Shown piece after piece: positions 1-9,195 of a stretch of DNA of 64,000 nucleotides. The position numbers and the translations under genes were made by a program. The notes under the pieces are model-generated. The model saw only the letters and a list, made by a program, of their open reading frames with translations. It was not told the origin of the DNA and ran no database searches. Origin of the DNA: an uncultured Chloroflexia bacterium (GTDB lineage Bacteria > Chloroflexota > Limnocylindria > Limnocylindrales > CSP1-4); contig OY970218.1 of NCBI GenBank assembly GCA_963713975.1, positions 1,632,001-1,696,000 on the forward strand. The letters are read 5' to 3'. Numbering within the stretch: position 1 is the stretch's first letter; each line of letters begins with the position of its first letter.

Positions 1-271
1 GGCGCTCGAAGATCGAGATGAACCGGGCCACGCCCATGATGAGGAAGGCCGCGGGCACCACGATCGCGAAGCCCCACACGAGGATCCCGACCGCGGTCTC
101 CATTGCGCTCGGCCGGCCCGTTGGGATGAAGCTTCTGACGAGGGGGGTCGCCAGGCACAGCCAGGCAAGCGCCACACCTGCAAGGAGCAGGAGCACCGCG
201 CTCAGAAGGGAGCGCGCGACAGCGACGCGAACGGCAAGGCTGCCGGACCCGGGGACGGCGATGACCTGCAT
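1..271 (-). CDS. membrane protein, runs off the left edge of the window
   Basis: Hand translation from ATG 271: MQVIAVPGSGSLAVRVAVARSLLSAVLLLLAGVALAWLCLATPLVRSF...AVGILVWGFAIVVPAAFLIMGVARF. Two TM-like segments; GACGAT lies 6 nt upstream of the ATG. Confidence 0.7.
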   Translation of the reverse strand, partial: MQVIAVPGSGSLAVRVAVARSLLSAVLLLLAGVALAWLCLATPLVRSFIPTGRPSAMETAVGILVWGFAIVVPAAFLIMGVARFISIFER

Positions 272-562
272 GCCCGCATCGTCGCGGACCGGCGAGTCTG
301 AGGGTCATGGCCAAATTCGGCTACGTAGGATGGGGCGTCCGTCTCCGCCACCGCTCCGCAGCCGACCAGACCCCACTGCAGGCGGTGCTCGAGCGCACCG
401 GAATCGATGGAGACGATGCCCGTCGGCGCGTCGGGCGAGCGTCGGGCACCCGGCGGTCCCTCCCCGGGCGAGGACCCCCGTACCATAGCGTCGCGCCCGC
501 GCGATCGGGATGCTCGCCCCTGACCCCTCCTGCGTAGGGGGACCCAGGAGGCGCAAGCCCCC

Positions 563-2224
563 GTGATGCACATGGCGCGGCAAACACAGCGTCCCTGGAC
601 ATTCCAGGCCAAGCGCCCGTTCGGGGCGCTCCTCGCCGCGCTCGTTCTGGTCTCCCTGACGGTGCTTCCGGCGACTGCCGCGACCAGCGTGATCCTCCTG
701 TCCCGGCAGGACGCGAGCCCCAGCTCGGGAACACCGACCACGCCCGTCACGTTCACGGTCATGTACAGGAATTCGTTGGGCCTGGCACCTACCTACGTGC
801 GCGTCGCAGTTGCCGGCGACACGCTCCAGATGTCGCCCGAAAGCCAGGACTGGACGCAACGGGTCCGTTTCACGGTCACGGCCAAGCTTCCTGTCGGCAC
901 GTGGACGCCGGAGTTCTCAGCGGCCGACGGCAATGGAGCCTCCCGGAGCGTGACCGGTCCCAAGGTCACCATCGCGGCTGCTCCCACCCCGACACCCAAG
1001 CCGACACCCACCCCGACACCCAAGCCGACGCCCACCCCGACACCCAAGCCGACACCCACCCCCACCGCGAAGCCGACACCCACCCCCACCGCGAAGCCGA
1101 CACCCAAGCCGACGCCAGCACCCACAGCGAAGCCGACACCCAAGCCGACCGCGAAGCCGACGCCCAAGCCAACCGCAAAGGCCACGGCTGCGCCCACCGC
1201 GAAACCTCGAGGGGCCGCAACGCCTGCGCCCGCAGCGACCAGGAAGCCGACCTCGACGGCAACCCCGACGCCCACCGCGACGACGTCGGGCGCGGCGCCG
1301 TCGCCGGCGACCACCAACCCGGCGCCCAGCCCCGAGCCTACTGCCTCCGCCGAGCCCGGCGTCGCCCTGGTCGTGCCGGGTGACGGGTCGGGTGGCAGCG
1401 GCACGGGGGGCTCCGGTGGCACCGGCTCCGTCGAGCATGCTCGTGGGACCGGCCCCGTCAACGATGGCGGGACGCCTGCGAGCGGCTCGCTGGGCGGCGA
1501 CGGCTCGCCGCTCGGTGCGGTCCTCGGCTTCATGCCGGTGATCGTGATCACGGTCGGAGGCGTTGCGATGCTGATGGCCTTCCTCCTGTTCGGGAAGCGC
1601 CGGCGTGACGGTGAGCCCACCGGGTCCGACGATGTCCTCGCGGCTTCGGCGGCACTCGGCATGAGCGTCGTTCCAGTGAACGCCGCCGGCCCCGCGCTGC
1701 CGGCCCCGTCTCCTGCCGCTCCCGTGATCGGCGCTGCCGCAGCTGCCTCGGCCGTCCAGGCCGCGGTCGCGATCGGCCCGGCTCCCCAGATCGACGGCCA
1801 CCTCCCGCGCTGGCGCCGGCCATCGCTCATGGAGGCCCGCAAGGCCGATCCGCTCCGGAGCGTGACGATCGATCCGCGGCTCACGTTCGACGGCGCTGTC
1901 GGAGACGCGGTGGGCGGTCTCGAGCGCCGGCGCATCCGTTACCGACTGGTCAGCCTGCTCGACCTCCCCGACGAGGTCCGGGGCGTGGAGATCGGCAACC
2001 TGGACCAGGGCGACGAGGTCGTGCTCATGGAGAAGCGCGGCACGTACTGGCGTGTCCTGTGTCCGGACGGCCGCGAAGGCTGGCTGCACAAGATGACGCT
2101 CGGCGCCGTCGTGTCCGACGCCGCCGAGACTGCCGGTGGCGCCGACGACGGTCCGCCGACGGGCGGCTTCGAGGACATGCTGCGTGCGTACACGGAGGGC
2201 CGGCACCAGTTCGGCGAGGCCTGA
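563..2224 (+). CDS. single-pass surface protein: signal peptide, Ig-like beta domain, Pro/Thr stalk, TM, C-terminal SH3-like domain
   Basis: Hydrophobic N-terminus, PTPTPK repeats, TM followed by GKRRR, C-terminal [27 protein letters not shown]; AGGAGG at 546-551. Confidence 0.8.
   Translation: MMHMARQTQRPWTFQAKRPFGALLAALVLVSLTVLPATAATSVILLSRQDASPSSGTPTTPVTFTVMYRNSLGLAPTYVRVAVAGDTLQMSPESQDWTQRVRFTVTAKLPVGTWTPEFSAADGNGASRSVTGPKVTIAAAPTPTPKPTPTPTPKPTPTPTPKPTPTPTAKPTPTPTAKPTPKPTPAPTAKPTPKPTAKPTPKPTAKATAAPTAKPRGAATPAPAATRKPTSTATPTPTATTSGAAPSPATTNPAPSPEPTASAEPGVALVVPGDGSGGSGTGGSGGTGSVEHARGTGPVNDGGTPASGSLGGDGSPLGAVLGFMPVIVITVGGVAMLMAFLLFGKRRRDGEPTGSDDVLAASAALGMSVVPVNAAGPALPAPSPAAPVIGAAAAASAVQAAVAIGPAPQIDGHLPRWRRPSLMEARKADPLRSVTIDPRLTFDGAVGDAVGGLERRRIRYRLVSLLDLPDEVRGVEIGNLDQGDEVVLMEKRGTYWRVLCPDGREGWLHKMTLGAVVSDAAETAGGADDGPPTGGFEDMLRAYTEGRHQFGEA
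982..1205 (+). repeat. intragenic 24/12-bp tandem repeats encoding PTPTPKPT / PTAKPT
   Basis: The unit cccaccccgacacccaagccgac recurs and then degenerates. Confidence 0.9.
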
Positions 2225-2256
2225 CAGGCGCTCGCAGGCAGGCACGGGGAGCCCGG

Positions 2257-3180
2257 CTACCCCCGGCGGCCGGTCGGGGGCTTCCGCAGGACCACGATGT
2301 GCTGGTGCGCGATGTTCGGCACGAAGCTGTGCGGATACCCGTACGGGCGAAGCCTGGTCCCGGCCTGGTACCAGGCGATGTCTCCCTTGGGCACGAGACC
2401 AGCCGCTGACGCTCGCGAGGCCAGGTCCGCCGCCGTGAACAGGTAGCGTCCCTCCTGGTAGGCGTCCCGGACGATCAAGACCGCATAGCGGCCCGGACGC
2501 AGCACCCGGTGGACCTCGCCCAGCACCTCGCCCATCGCGTCCAGGAACGCCGGGTAGTCCGGCAGGTTGGCGAGGTCGCCCGCCTCGTCGGAGACCATCG
2601 CGTAGTCCGTCCGGCGGTTCGCGTGGGTCTCGGCCAGTCGTCCGCCGGCCATCGTCATGCGCAGCTGGACGTTGTACGGCGGGTCCGTGGCCACGAGATC
2701 CACCGAGTCGGTGGCGATCCCGGGGAGGAGCAGCCGTGCATCACCGATGCGCATCTCGAGGCCCGACGGGTCGAAGCCCCGCTCACCGCCGGGATCGCTG
2801 GTGCCCAGGTCCGCAATGACGGGTCCCCGGCCATCGCGCTCCGCCTGCAGCGCCCCGACCGTCTCCCCGAACACGGCCGCCCACCGCGCGTCCAGCTCGA
2901 TACCGACGGCCCGGCGTGGGCCGCGGGCGATCGCAGCGCCCAGTAGCGTCCCACCGACACCCGCGAACGGATCGAGGACCACCTCCCCGGACTTCGTGAA
3001 GAACTCGATCAGACGGGCCATCAGCCTCGGTGGCTTGTTCGCGCCGTGCGCCTTGCGCAGGTCGTGACCAAGCTCGGACGGGTAGGCCGTGGTCCAGATG
3101 GACTTCGTGAAGTAGAGCCACTCCTCACCGGAGAGCTCGTTGAGGTCGTTTGCGGGGTGGGGAGGACGGCGGGGCTGCAC
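2257..3180 (-). CDS. orphan N4/N6 amino-methyltransferase with permuted motif order
   Basis: KPPRLMARLIEFFTKSGEVVLDPFAGVGGT (SAM motif I) precedes DSVDLVATDPPYN (catalytic motif IV). Confidence 0.85.
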   Translation of the reverse strand: MQPRRPPHPANDLNELSGEEWLYFTKSIWTTAYPSELGHDLRKAHGANKPPRLMARLIEFFTKSGEVVLDPFAGVGGTLLGAAIARGPRRAVGIELDARWAAVFGETVGALQAERDGRGPVIADLGTSDPGGERGFDPSGLEMRIGDARLLLPGIATDSVDLVATDPPYNVQLRMTMAGGRLAETHANRRTDYAMVSDEAGDLANLPDYPAFLDAMGEVLGEVHRVLRPGRYAVLIVRDAYQEGRYLFTAADLASRASAAGLVPKGDIAWYQAGTRLRPYGYPHSFVPNIAHQHIVVLRKPPTGRRG

Positions 3181-3232
3181 CGGGAACAGGGTAGCGGGGC
3201 GGGGGCCCGACGGGCGTCACTACAATGCGTTG
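3181..3232. promoter_or_regulatory. back-to-back leaderless-type promoters
   Basis: TACCCT (minus, 3193-3188) is 7 nt before GTG 3180; TACAAT (plus, 3221-3226) is 6 nt before ATG 3233. Confidence 0.65.
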
Positions 3233-6200
3233 ATGCCGGGAACAGTGACCAGTCACCGCTTCGTCGGGCGCGAGCCCGAGCTTGCGCGTATCCGCGATGC
3301 CCTCGCCTCGGCCGATGCGGGCGCCGCCACCACGGTGATCGTCGCAGGCAGTGCCGGCATCGGCGTAACCCGCCTCCTCGACGAGGCGATGGAGCGCGCG
3401 GCAGCCGCACCCTCCTCGCCGCTGATCCTGCGCGGCCGGTGTCACGGTCCGGCGGATCCGCCGTGGGCCGCCGTCCTGGAAGCCCTCGAGCCCGCCCTGG
3501 CCTCACGTCCGCCGGCGGAGGTTCGAGCGCTGCTGCGGCGCGACGCCGGCCCCATTCTCCGGCAGCTACCGTGGGTCGCGGCGCTGGGCGATGACCACCC
3601 GGGACCGCGCGAGAGCGCCCTCGCCGACCCGGAGCGCCGCCAGCCGCGCGCCATGGCCGTCCTCCTTCGATGGCTTGACCGGCTTGCGCTGGAACGGCCC
3701 GTGGTCCTCGTGCTCGAGGACCTGCACGTCGCGGATGCGTCGACCCGGGCATTCGCGACGTTCGTCGCCCGGATCGCGCGCGAGGAGCGGATTGCGCTCG
3801 TGCTGTCCTACCAGCCCGATCGCCTGACCCGGGATCACCCGTTGCGCGACAGCCTGGCGGTCATCGAGGGTGGCTTGCGGCGCCCGGTTCTCGTGGAGCT
3901 TGCGCCATTCGCGCGCCGAGAGGTCGCCGGGCTGATCGAGGCGATCGAGGGCGAACGCCCGTCGGCCTCCATCGTGGTGCTCGTGGCCGAGCGCTCGGCA
4001 GGGTCACCGCTCGTGATGGAGGAGCTGATCGCCGCGCGGCGCGAGCTCCGGACCGCGACGCTGACCGGGACGCTGGCGGATATCGTCGCCGCCCGCCTGG
4101 CCCGCCGATCGCCGGAGTGCCGCCGGCTGCTGCGGCTGCTGGCGCCTGCGGAGCGGCCGATCAGCGACGAGGAGCTGGCCGTTGCCGCGATGGCGCTCCG
4201 CGAGGAGGGCAATGCGCGTGGCCGGGCAGGCCTGGCGCCGCTGCCGCGGCGTGGGACGTACGGGCTGGAGCCGGCGCTGGCCGCCGGCCTTGCGGAGGCC
4301 ATCGAGCATGGCTTCGTACGGCGAGAGGCCAACGACCGCCTGGTGATCCGCCACGAGCTGGTCGGCCGCGCGATCGTGGCGGACCTCCTGCCGTCGCAGA
4401 CGCCCTGCTATCGAGCCGCCCTCGCGCGCGCCTTCGCCGATGTCCCTGCGGTGGCAGCCGCCTGCTGGTACAGCGCCCACCGGATGGACGAGGCCCGCGA
4501 GGCCGCGATCGCCGCTGCCCGCCTGGCGATGCGCCTGGAGGCACCCCAGGACGCCCTCTCGGTGCTGGAGCTTGGGCTCGAGCTGCCTGATCCCGCAGCA
4601 TCCGCCGAGGACGACACGGACGGTCGGGGCGCAGCCGATCCTGCGGAGCTCGCGCGCCTGGCGGCCGAGGCTGCCTATGCCGCGATGCGCCCGACGCGGG
4701 CGATCGCCTATGCGGAGAGTGCGCTCGAGATGCTCGGTGGACGCGGCGACCGGATGCAGCAGGCGGTGCTGGAGGCCCGCCTCGGCCGGTACCGGATGGT
4801 CTCGGGCGACCCCACGGGCGCGACGGCGGCCCTGCGTCGGGCGGCGGACCTGGCGCCCCGCGAGCCGTCCGTCGAACGGGCAAGGATCCTGGCCCTGCTG
4901 GCCCAGGAGCGGATGATCGCCGCCGCGTTCCGGGATGCGGAGCACGCCGCTGATGAGGCGCTGCTGGTGACCACCGAGGTTGGCGTGGAGGCGGAGCCCG
5001 AGGCCATCCACGCGATGACGACGCTGGCCGTTGTCCGCGGCTGGGGCGACGATCCGGAATCCGCGCTGCCGATCCTCCGCGACGCCGTGGCCCGCGCCCG
5101 TGCGGCCGGGCTGGTGGAGGAATGGTGGCGTGCGATCGCCAATATGGCCGTGATCCTGGAGCTGCTCGGCCGGCCCGGCGAGGCCGTGGACGTGACGTTC
5201 GAGGGAATGGCCGAGGCCCGCGAGCTCGACCTCGACGCGGTCTACGGGAACCTCCTCGGGGGCAACGTGGCGGGCATCCTCGTGGACGTCGGGCGCTGGA
5301 CGGAGGCCCGTGAGCTGAGCCTGCGGGCATTGGACTGGAGTCCCGCCGGAATCCCGTTCGTGAACGCGATCCTCAACCTGGTGATCGTCGAGATCGAGTC
5401 GGAGGCGGGCGAGGAGGCAGGCAGGCTCCTGGGCCAGATCCTGGTGGAGCTGGAGACCGGCGGCGACATCCAGTTCGCGATCCCCGCCTACCAGGCGACG
5501 GCGTCATACGCCATGTGGAGCGGCGATCTCGCGGATGCGCGCCGGGCGGTGGACCGGGGCTGGACCCGGCTGCGCGGCACCGAGGACTGGGTGACGGTCG
5601 CAAGGATGGCCGCCACGGCGATGGAGGTCGAGGCGGCAATCGTGGCCGATGCCCTTGAGCGCCGCCGGATCGGAGATGTCGCGGCTTCGCGGGAGCGCGC
5701 CGGGCGCATCCTGGGGGAGGCGGAGGCGGCGGTCGCCCGGGCCCGGTCCGAGGACGGTACCGGGACGGGCGAGCCCGAGGCGAGCCTGGCGACGGCACGC
5801 GCCTTCCACAGCCGCCTGACCGGGCGCGACGATCCAGCGCGCTGGGCCGACGTGGCCGATCGCTGGCATGTCATCGGCGACCCGTACCGTGAGGCTCGCG
5901 CCCGCTGGCGGCAGGCGGAATCGATCATGGGCGGTGCCATCGCGGGGCGCGGTGGCGCCCGGGATCGGACCGATGCCCGGCTGGTCCGTGCGGATGCCCG
6001 CGAGCCCCTCCTGGCGGCCGTGGCGCTGGCGATGGGCCTTGGTGCGAGACCGCTGCTCCGCCGCCTGCGCGAGCTGGCCGGCCGCGCTCTCATCCCCCTC
6101 CCTCCCGAGGTTGACGTCGTCCTGGAGCGCCCTGCAGTCGTTGCGGTCGACCCGCGGTCCCAGGTCATGCATGGACCGGTGCCGGACGCAGGCCCGGTCG

Positions 6201-6463
6201 CGGGACCGGTGCCGACCCCCAGGACCGCCGGCGGCATGAACACGTTCGGGCTCTCGAAGCGCGAGCTCGAGGTGCTGGGGCTCATCGCCCAGGGCCGGAC
6301 CAACCGGGAGATCGGGGACCGCCTGTTCATCAGCCAGAAGACAGTGGGCGTGCACGTCGGCAACATCCTCGCCAAGCTCGGCGTGTCCGGCCGGGTCGAG
6401 GCGGCGGCCGTCGCGATCAGGCTGGGTCTCGAGACGGGCGCTGCTCCGCCCCGTGGCCGCTGA
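3233..6463 (+). CDS. large AAA-ATPase / TPR-like / LuxR-HTH transcriptional regulator
   Basis: FVGREPEL, P-loop GSAGIGVT, VLEDLHVAD, C-terminal LSKRELEVLGLIAQGRTNREIGDRLFISQKTVGVHV. Start chosen from the -10 position. Confidence 0.9.
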   Translation: MPGTVTSHRFVGREPELARIRDALASADAGAATTVIVAGSAGIGVTRLLDEAMERAAAAPSSPLILRGRCHGPADPPWAAVLEALEPALASRPPAEVRALLRRDAGPILRQLPWVAALGDDHPGPRESALADPERRQPRAMAVLLRWLDRLALERPVVLVLEDLHVADASTRAFATFVARIAREERIALVLSYQPDRLTRDHPLRDSLAVIEGGLRRPVLVELAPFARREVAGLIEAIEGERPSASIVVLVAERSAGSPLVMEELIAARRELRTATLTGTLADIVAARLARRSPECRRLLRLLAPAERPISDEELAVAAMALREEGNARGRAGLAPLPRRGTYGLEPALAAGLAEAIEHGFVRREANDRLVIRHELVGRAIVADLLPSQTPCYRAALARAFADVPAVAAACWYSAHRMDEAREAAIAAARLAMRLEAPQDALSVLELGLELPDPAASAEDDTDGRGAADPAELARLAAEAAYAAMRPTRAIAYAESALEMLGGRGDRMQQAVLEARLGRYRMVSGDPTGATAALRRAADLAPREPSVERARILALLAQERMIAAAFRDAEHAADEALLVTTEVGVEAEPEAIHAMTTLAVVRGWGDDPESALPILRDAVARARAAGLVEEWWRAIANMAVILELLGRPGEAVDVTFEGMAEARELDLDAVYGNLLGGNVAGILVDVGRWTEARELSLRALDWSPAGIPFVNAILNLVIVEIESEAGEEAGRLLGQILVELETGGDIQFAIPAYQATASYAMWSGDLADARRAVDRGWTRLRGTEDWVTVARMAATAMEVEAAIVADALERRRIGDVAASRERAGRILGEAEAAVARARSEDGTGTGEPEASLATARAFHSRLTGRDDPARWADVADRWHVIGDPYREARARWRQAESIMGGAIAGRGGARDRTDARLVRADAREPLLAAVALAMGLGARPLLRRLRELAGRALIPLPPEVDVVLERPAVVAVDPRSQVMHGPVPDAGPVAGPVPTPRTAGGMNTFGLSKRELEVLGLIAQGRTNREIGDRLFISQKTVGVHVGNILAKLGVSGRVEAAAVAIRLGLETGAAPPRGR

Positions 6464-6549
6464 GCGGGACGCCAGTCCACGTCGACGGCAGCACCAGCGC
6501 GCATTGGGTACAGTCCCTCCGTTCCGCTGCCCTAACACCCGAGGACTTC

Positions 6550-7038
6550 ATGCGCCGCCTTCTGCTCGCGCTCGCCATCGCATCGACCGCCCTGCTCGCC
6601 GCCTGCTCGGCGGCAACCGGTCCCGAATGGACGTATGCCCCGCCCACGGCGCCGCCCGCCGTCACGCCCGCGCCGTCGGCAGATGCGTCGGCCGCACCTT
6701 CCGAGGCTCCGTCGGCCGCACCGTCTGACGGCGGCGGGGACGGAGGCGCCTCCGGCGGCACGGTCGTCGACATCTCGGCCCTCAACATCGCCTTCGAGCA
6801 GACGGAGGTCAGCGCGCCCGCAGGCGTTCCCTTCGTCATCCGCTTCGACAACAAGGACGCCGGGATCCCCCACAACGTGGAGATCAAGGACCCGATGGGC
6901 ATGGTCGTGTTCAAGGGCGACATCGTGAATGGCGTGACGCAGGTGGAGTACCCGATCCCGGCCTTGGCCGCAGGGACCTACCCCTTCATCTGCACAGTGC
7001 ACCCCAACATGATCGGCACCCTCACGGTCGGCGGTTGA
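6550..7038 (+). CDS. cupredoxin (blue copper) lipoprotein
   Basis: Lipobox LLAAC; type-1 Cu ligands PHNV and ICTVHPNM; GAGGA SD. Confidence 0.88.
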   Translation: MRRLLLALAIASTALLAACSAATGPEWTYAPPTAPPAVTPAPSADASAAPSEAPSAAPSDGGGDGGASGGTVVDISALNIAFEQTEVSAPAGVPFVIRFDNKDAGIPHNVEIKDPMGMVVFKGDIVNGVTQVEYPIPALAAGTYPFICTVHPNMIGTLTVGG

Positions 7039-7054
7039 ACGCGGCGGCGCCACG

Positions 7055-7810
7055 GTGACCGCCCGGGTCGACGAGGTCTGCTACCGCGACGCCTATGCGC
7101 GCCGGAGCGAGGCACGCGTCCTGGATGTCACCGCGCTCGACGGGTCGCCGCTGGTCGTGCTGGACACGACGCAGTTCTACCCCGGGGGCGGCGGCCAGCC
7201 GTCGGATCGAGGGCTGATCCTGCGTGCGGCCGACGGGCGCTCCTGGACCGTGCGCGCTGCGCGGCGGCTGGGCGGTGAGATCGTCCACGAGCTCGAGGCC
7301 CCGTCGGATGGCGAACTGCCGGCTGCGGGCGACCGTGTGCAGGTGGACGTGGAGTGGGCCCGCCGGTATGCGCTCATGCGCACCCACACGGCCCTCCACG
7401 CGCTGTGCGGCGTGGTCTGGCGCGACTACGCGGCCCTCGTCACGGGTGGCAACATGGAACCCGGGTCGGGACGCATGGACTTCGAGTTCGAGACGATGTC
7501 CGGCGACCTCGTGGACGAGATCGAGGCCAAGGTCAACGAGGAGCTGCGATCCGCCCGCGATGTCCTGGTCAACGTGCTCCCGCGTGACGAGGCCTTCGCC
7601 ATCCCGGACCTGATCCGGACAAAGGTCAACCTCCTGCCGCCCGGGATCGAGCAGATCCGGACCATCGAGATCGTCGGGCTTGACCTCCAGGCGGACGGGG
7701 GCACGCACGTCGCGAACACGCGGGAGGTCGGTGGCATCCGGGTCACGGGCTACGAGTCCAAGGGTCGGATCAACAAGCGGATCCGCCTGGGGTTGGTCGA
7801 CCCCGTCTGA
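7055..7810 (+). CDS. alaX: alanyl-tRNA editing protein AlaX
   Basis: FYPGGGGQPSDRG, MRTHTALH, DLQADGGTH. Confidence 0.92.
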   Translation: MTARVDEVCYRDAYARRSEARVLDVTALDGSPLVVLDTTQFYPGGGGQPSDRGLILRAADGRSWTVRAARRLGGEIVHELEAPSDGELPAAGDRVQVDVEWARRYALMRTHTALHALCGVVWRDYAALVTGGNMEPGSGRMDFEFETMSGDLVDEIEAKVNEELRSARDVLVNVLPRDEAFAIPDLIRTKVNLLPPGIEQIRTIEIVGLDLQADGGTHVANTREVGGIRVTGYESKGRINKRIRLGLVDPV

Positions 7811-7920
7811 AGTGGCCGGGGGGTTGCTGTCCTTCGATTCGGCCGGTGCAGCGGTCGGATCGGCCCTTGGCGTGGCGCCTCGGACCGTGGAGACTGGCCG
7901 TCGGGTGTCCCGGGAGGCAG

Positions 7921-9132
7921 ATGATGACCGGAGACGGTGCGGGCTCGGGCGGGACCGGCGACATGGACCGCGAGGTCGAACGGCTGAGCAGCGACCTGCT
8001 GGACCGCCGCGTGCCGAGCGCGGACGCGCCGACGTCGCCCGCCGCACCCGCCACACCACCCCCCGCCACACCTGCGGCACCGCCGGTTGACGTGGTCCTC
8101 GAGGGGCTCGAAGACATCTCCGCGGACCTGGAGGGACTGGCCGCGGTCACGCGACCCACTTCGACGGCGGCGTCCGCCGCGGGAGCGTCCACCCAGCGGG
8201 CCGTGGACAGCGTGGTGGCGAGCATCACCGGGACGCAGCCTGGACCAGGCACGGTGGGGCCCGCCGGAAACGTTTCGGCAGACGGCCTCCGGACCGTGGC
8301 GGCGATGACCGCCAACGCGCCTGCCGTTCTCGCCGAACCCCTCGATGCAGACGCCTCCTTCTGGCAACGCCACGACCGCAACGTCGCCATGGCCGGTATC
8401 GCCATCGTCGCCATGGCCGTGTTCATCGCCGCGCTGCTGGCGCTCCAGGGGGATGGTGGGGCGCCCGGGAACCCTGCCGACCCGGCAGCGCTTGCGCAAG
8501 CATCGGCTGTATTGCCCGCTGATCCGTCTGTCGTGGACACGTCGCCGGTCGACCCGTCGCCCGTGGGCCCATCGCCCGTCGCGCCGTCGGACGAGCCGAC
8601 CCTCGAGCCTATCCCCACCCCCGAGCCGACCCCCATACCCTCGCCAGCACCGGGCAACGTCACAATCCGTGGGCCGATCGACGCCTCCGAGGTGTCGTGG
8701 GTCGACCTGAGGGTTGGTACCCACGAGGTGCTCCTGTCCTTCGACTCGAAGGGAGGTCCTGTGTCGGGTACGTTCACCATCGAGATCAAGGAATTCCCGA
8801 TCGGCTCGCTCCTCACCGCCACCTTCGATGGCGAGAAGGACCCGGACTACGACGCGTTCAAGAAGTGCACCGTCACGATGGCCCTGGTGGGGCAGGCGAA
8901 CGGCACGTATGACGCCGCCACGGGCAAGATGTCCGGCAAAGCCGCCTTCAAGGCTGCCGCGGACGACGTGGACGATTGCCTCAAGACCCGGCCGTCCAAC
9001 ATCTCGATCGACCCGGACAAGGTCGCCAAGCCGACGAGCGTCAAGTGGCGGGCGAAGTTCAACGGCACCCGGGCCACCGGCAGCCTTGACATGGAGCCCG
9101 TGATGGACTTCAGCGCAACGATCGAGGACTGA
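7921..9132 (+). CDS. hypothetical single-pass membrane protein with Pro-rich linker and beta-rich C-terminal domain
   Basis: GGAGG SD before ATG 7921; one TM (VAMAGIAIVAMAVFIAALLAL); coding-like codon use in the C-terminal half. Confidence 0.7.
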   Translation: MMTGDGAGSGGTGDMDREVERLSSDLLDRRVPSADAPTSPAAPATPPPATPAAPPVDVVLEGLEDISADLEGLAAVTRPTSTAASAAGASTQRAVDSVVASITGTQPGPGTVGPAGNVSADGLRTVAAMTANAPAVLAEPLDADASFWQRHDRNVAMAGIAIVAMAVFIAALLALQGDGGAPGNPADPAALAQASAVLPADPSVVDTSPVDPSPVGPSPVAPSDEPTLEPIPTPEPTPIPSPAPGNVTIRGPIDASEVSWVDLRVGTHEVLLSFDSKGGPVSGTFTIEIKEFPIGSLLTATFDGEKDPDYDAFKKCTVTMALVGQANGTYDAATGKMSGKAAFKAAADDVDDCLKTRPSNISIDPDKVAKPTSVKWRAKFNGTRATGSLDMEPVMDFSATIED

Positions 9133-9195
9133 AGCGGGGCTACGACCGTCCACCCCGCGTGCCACCCCGGAGCCCGGACGCGGCATCATGTCGCG

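Noticed and set aside
7680-7720. Asp replacing the Zn-ligand Cys in AlaX (DGGTH)
   Set aside because: A variant I recognise as common in this AlaX subfamily, not a local novelty.
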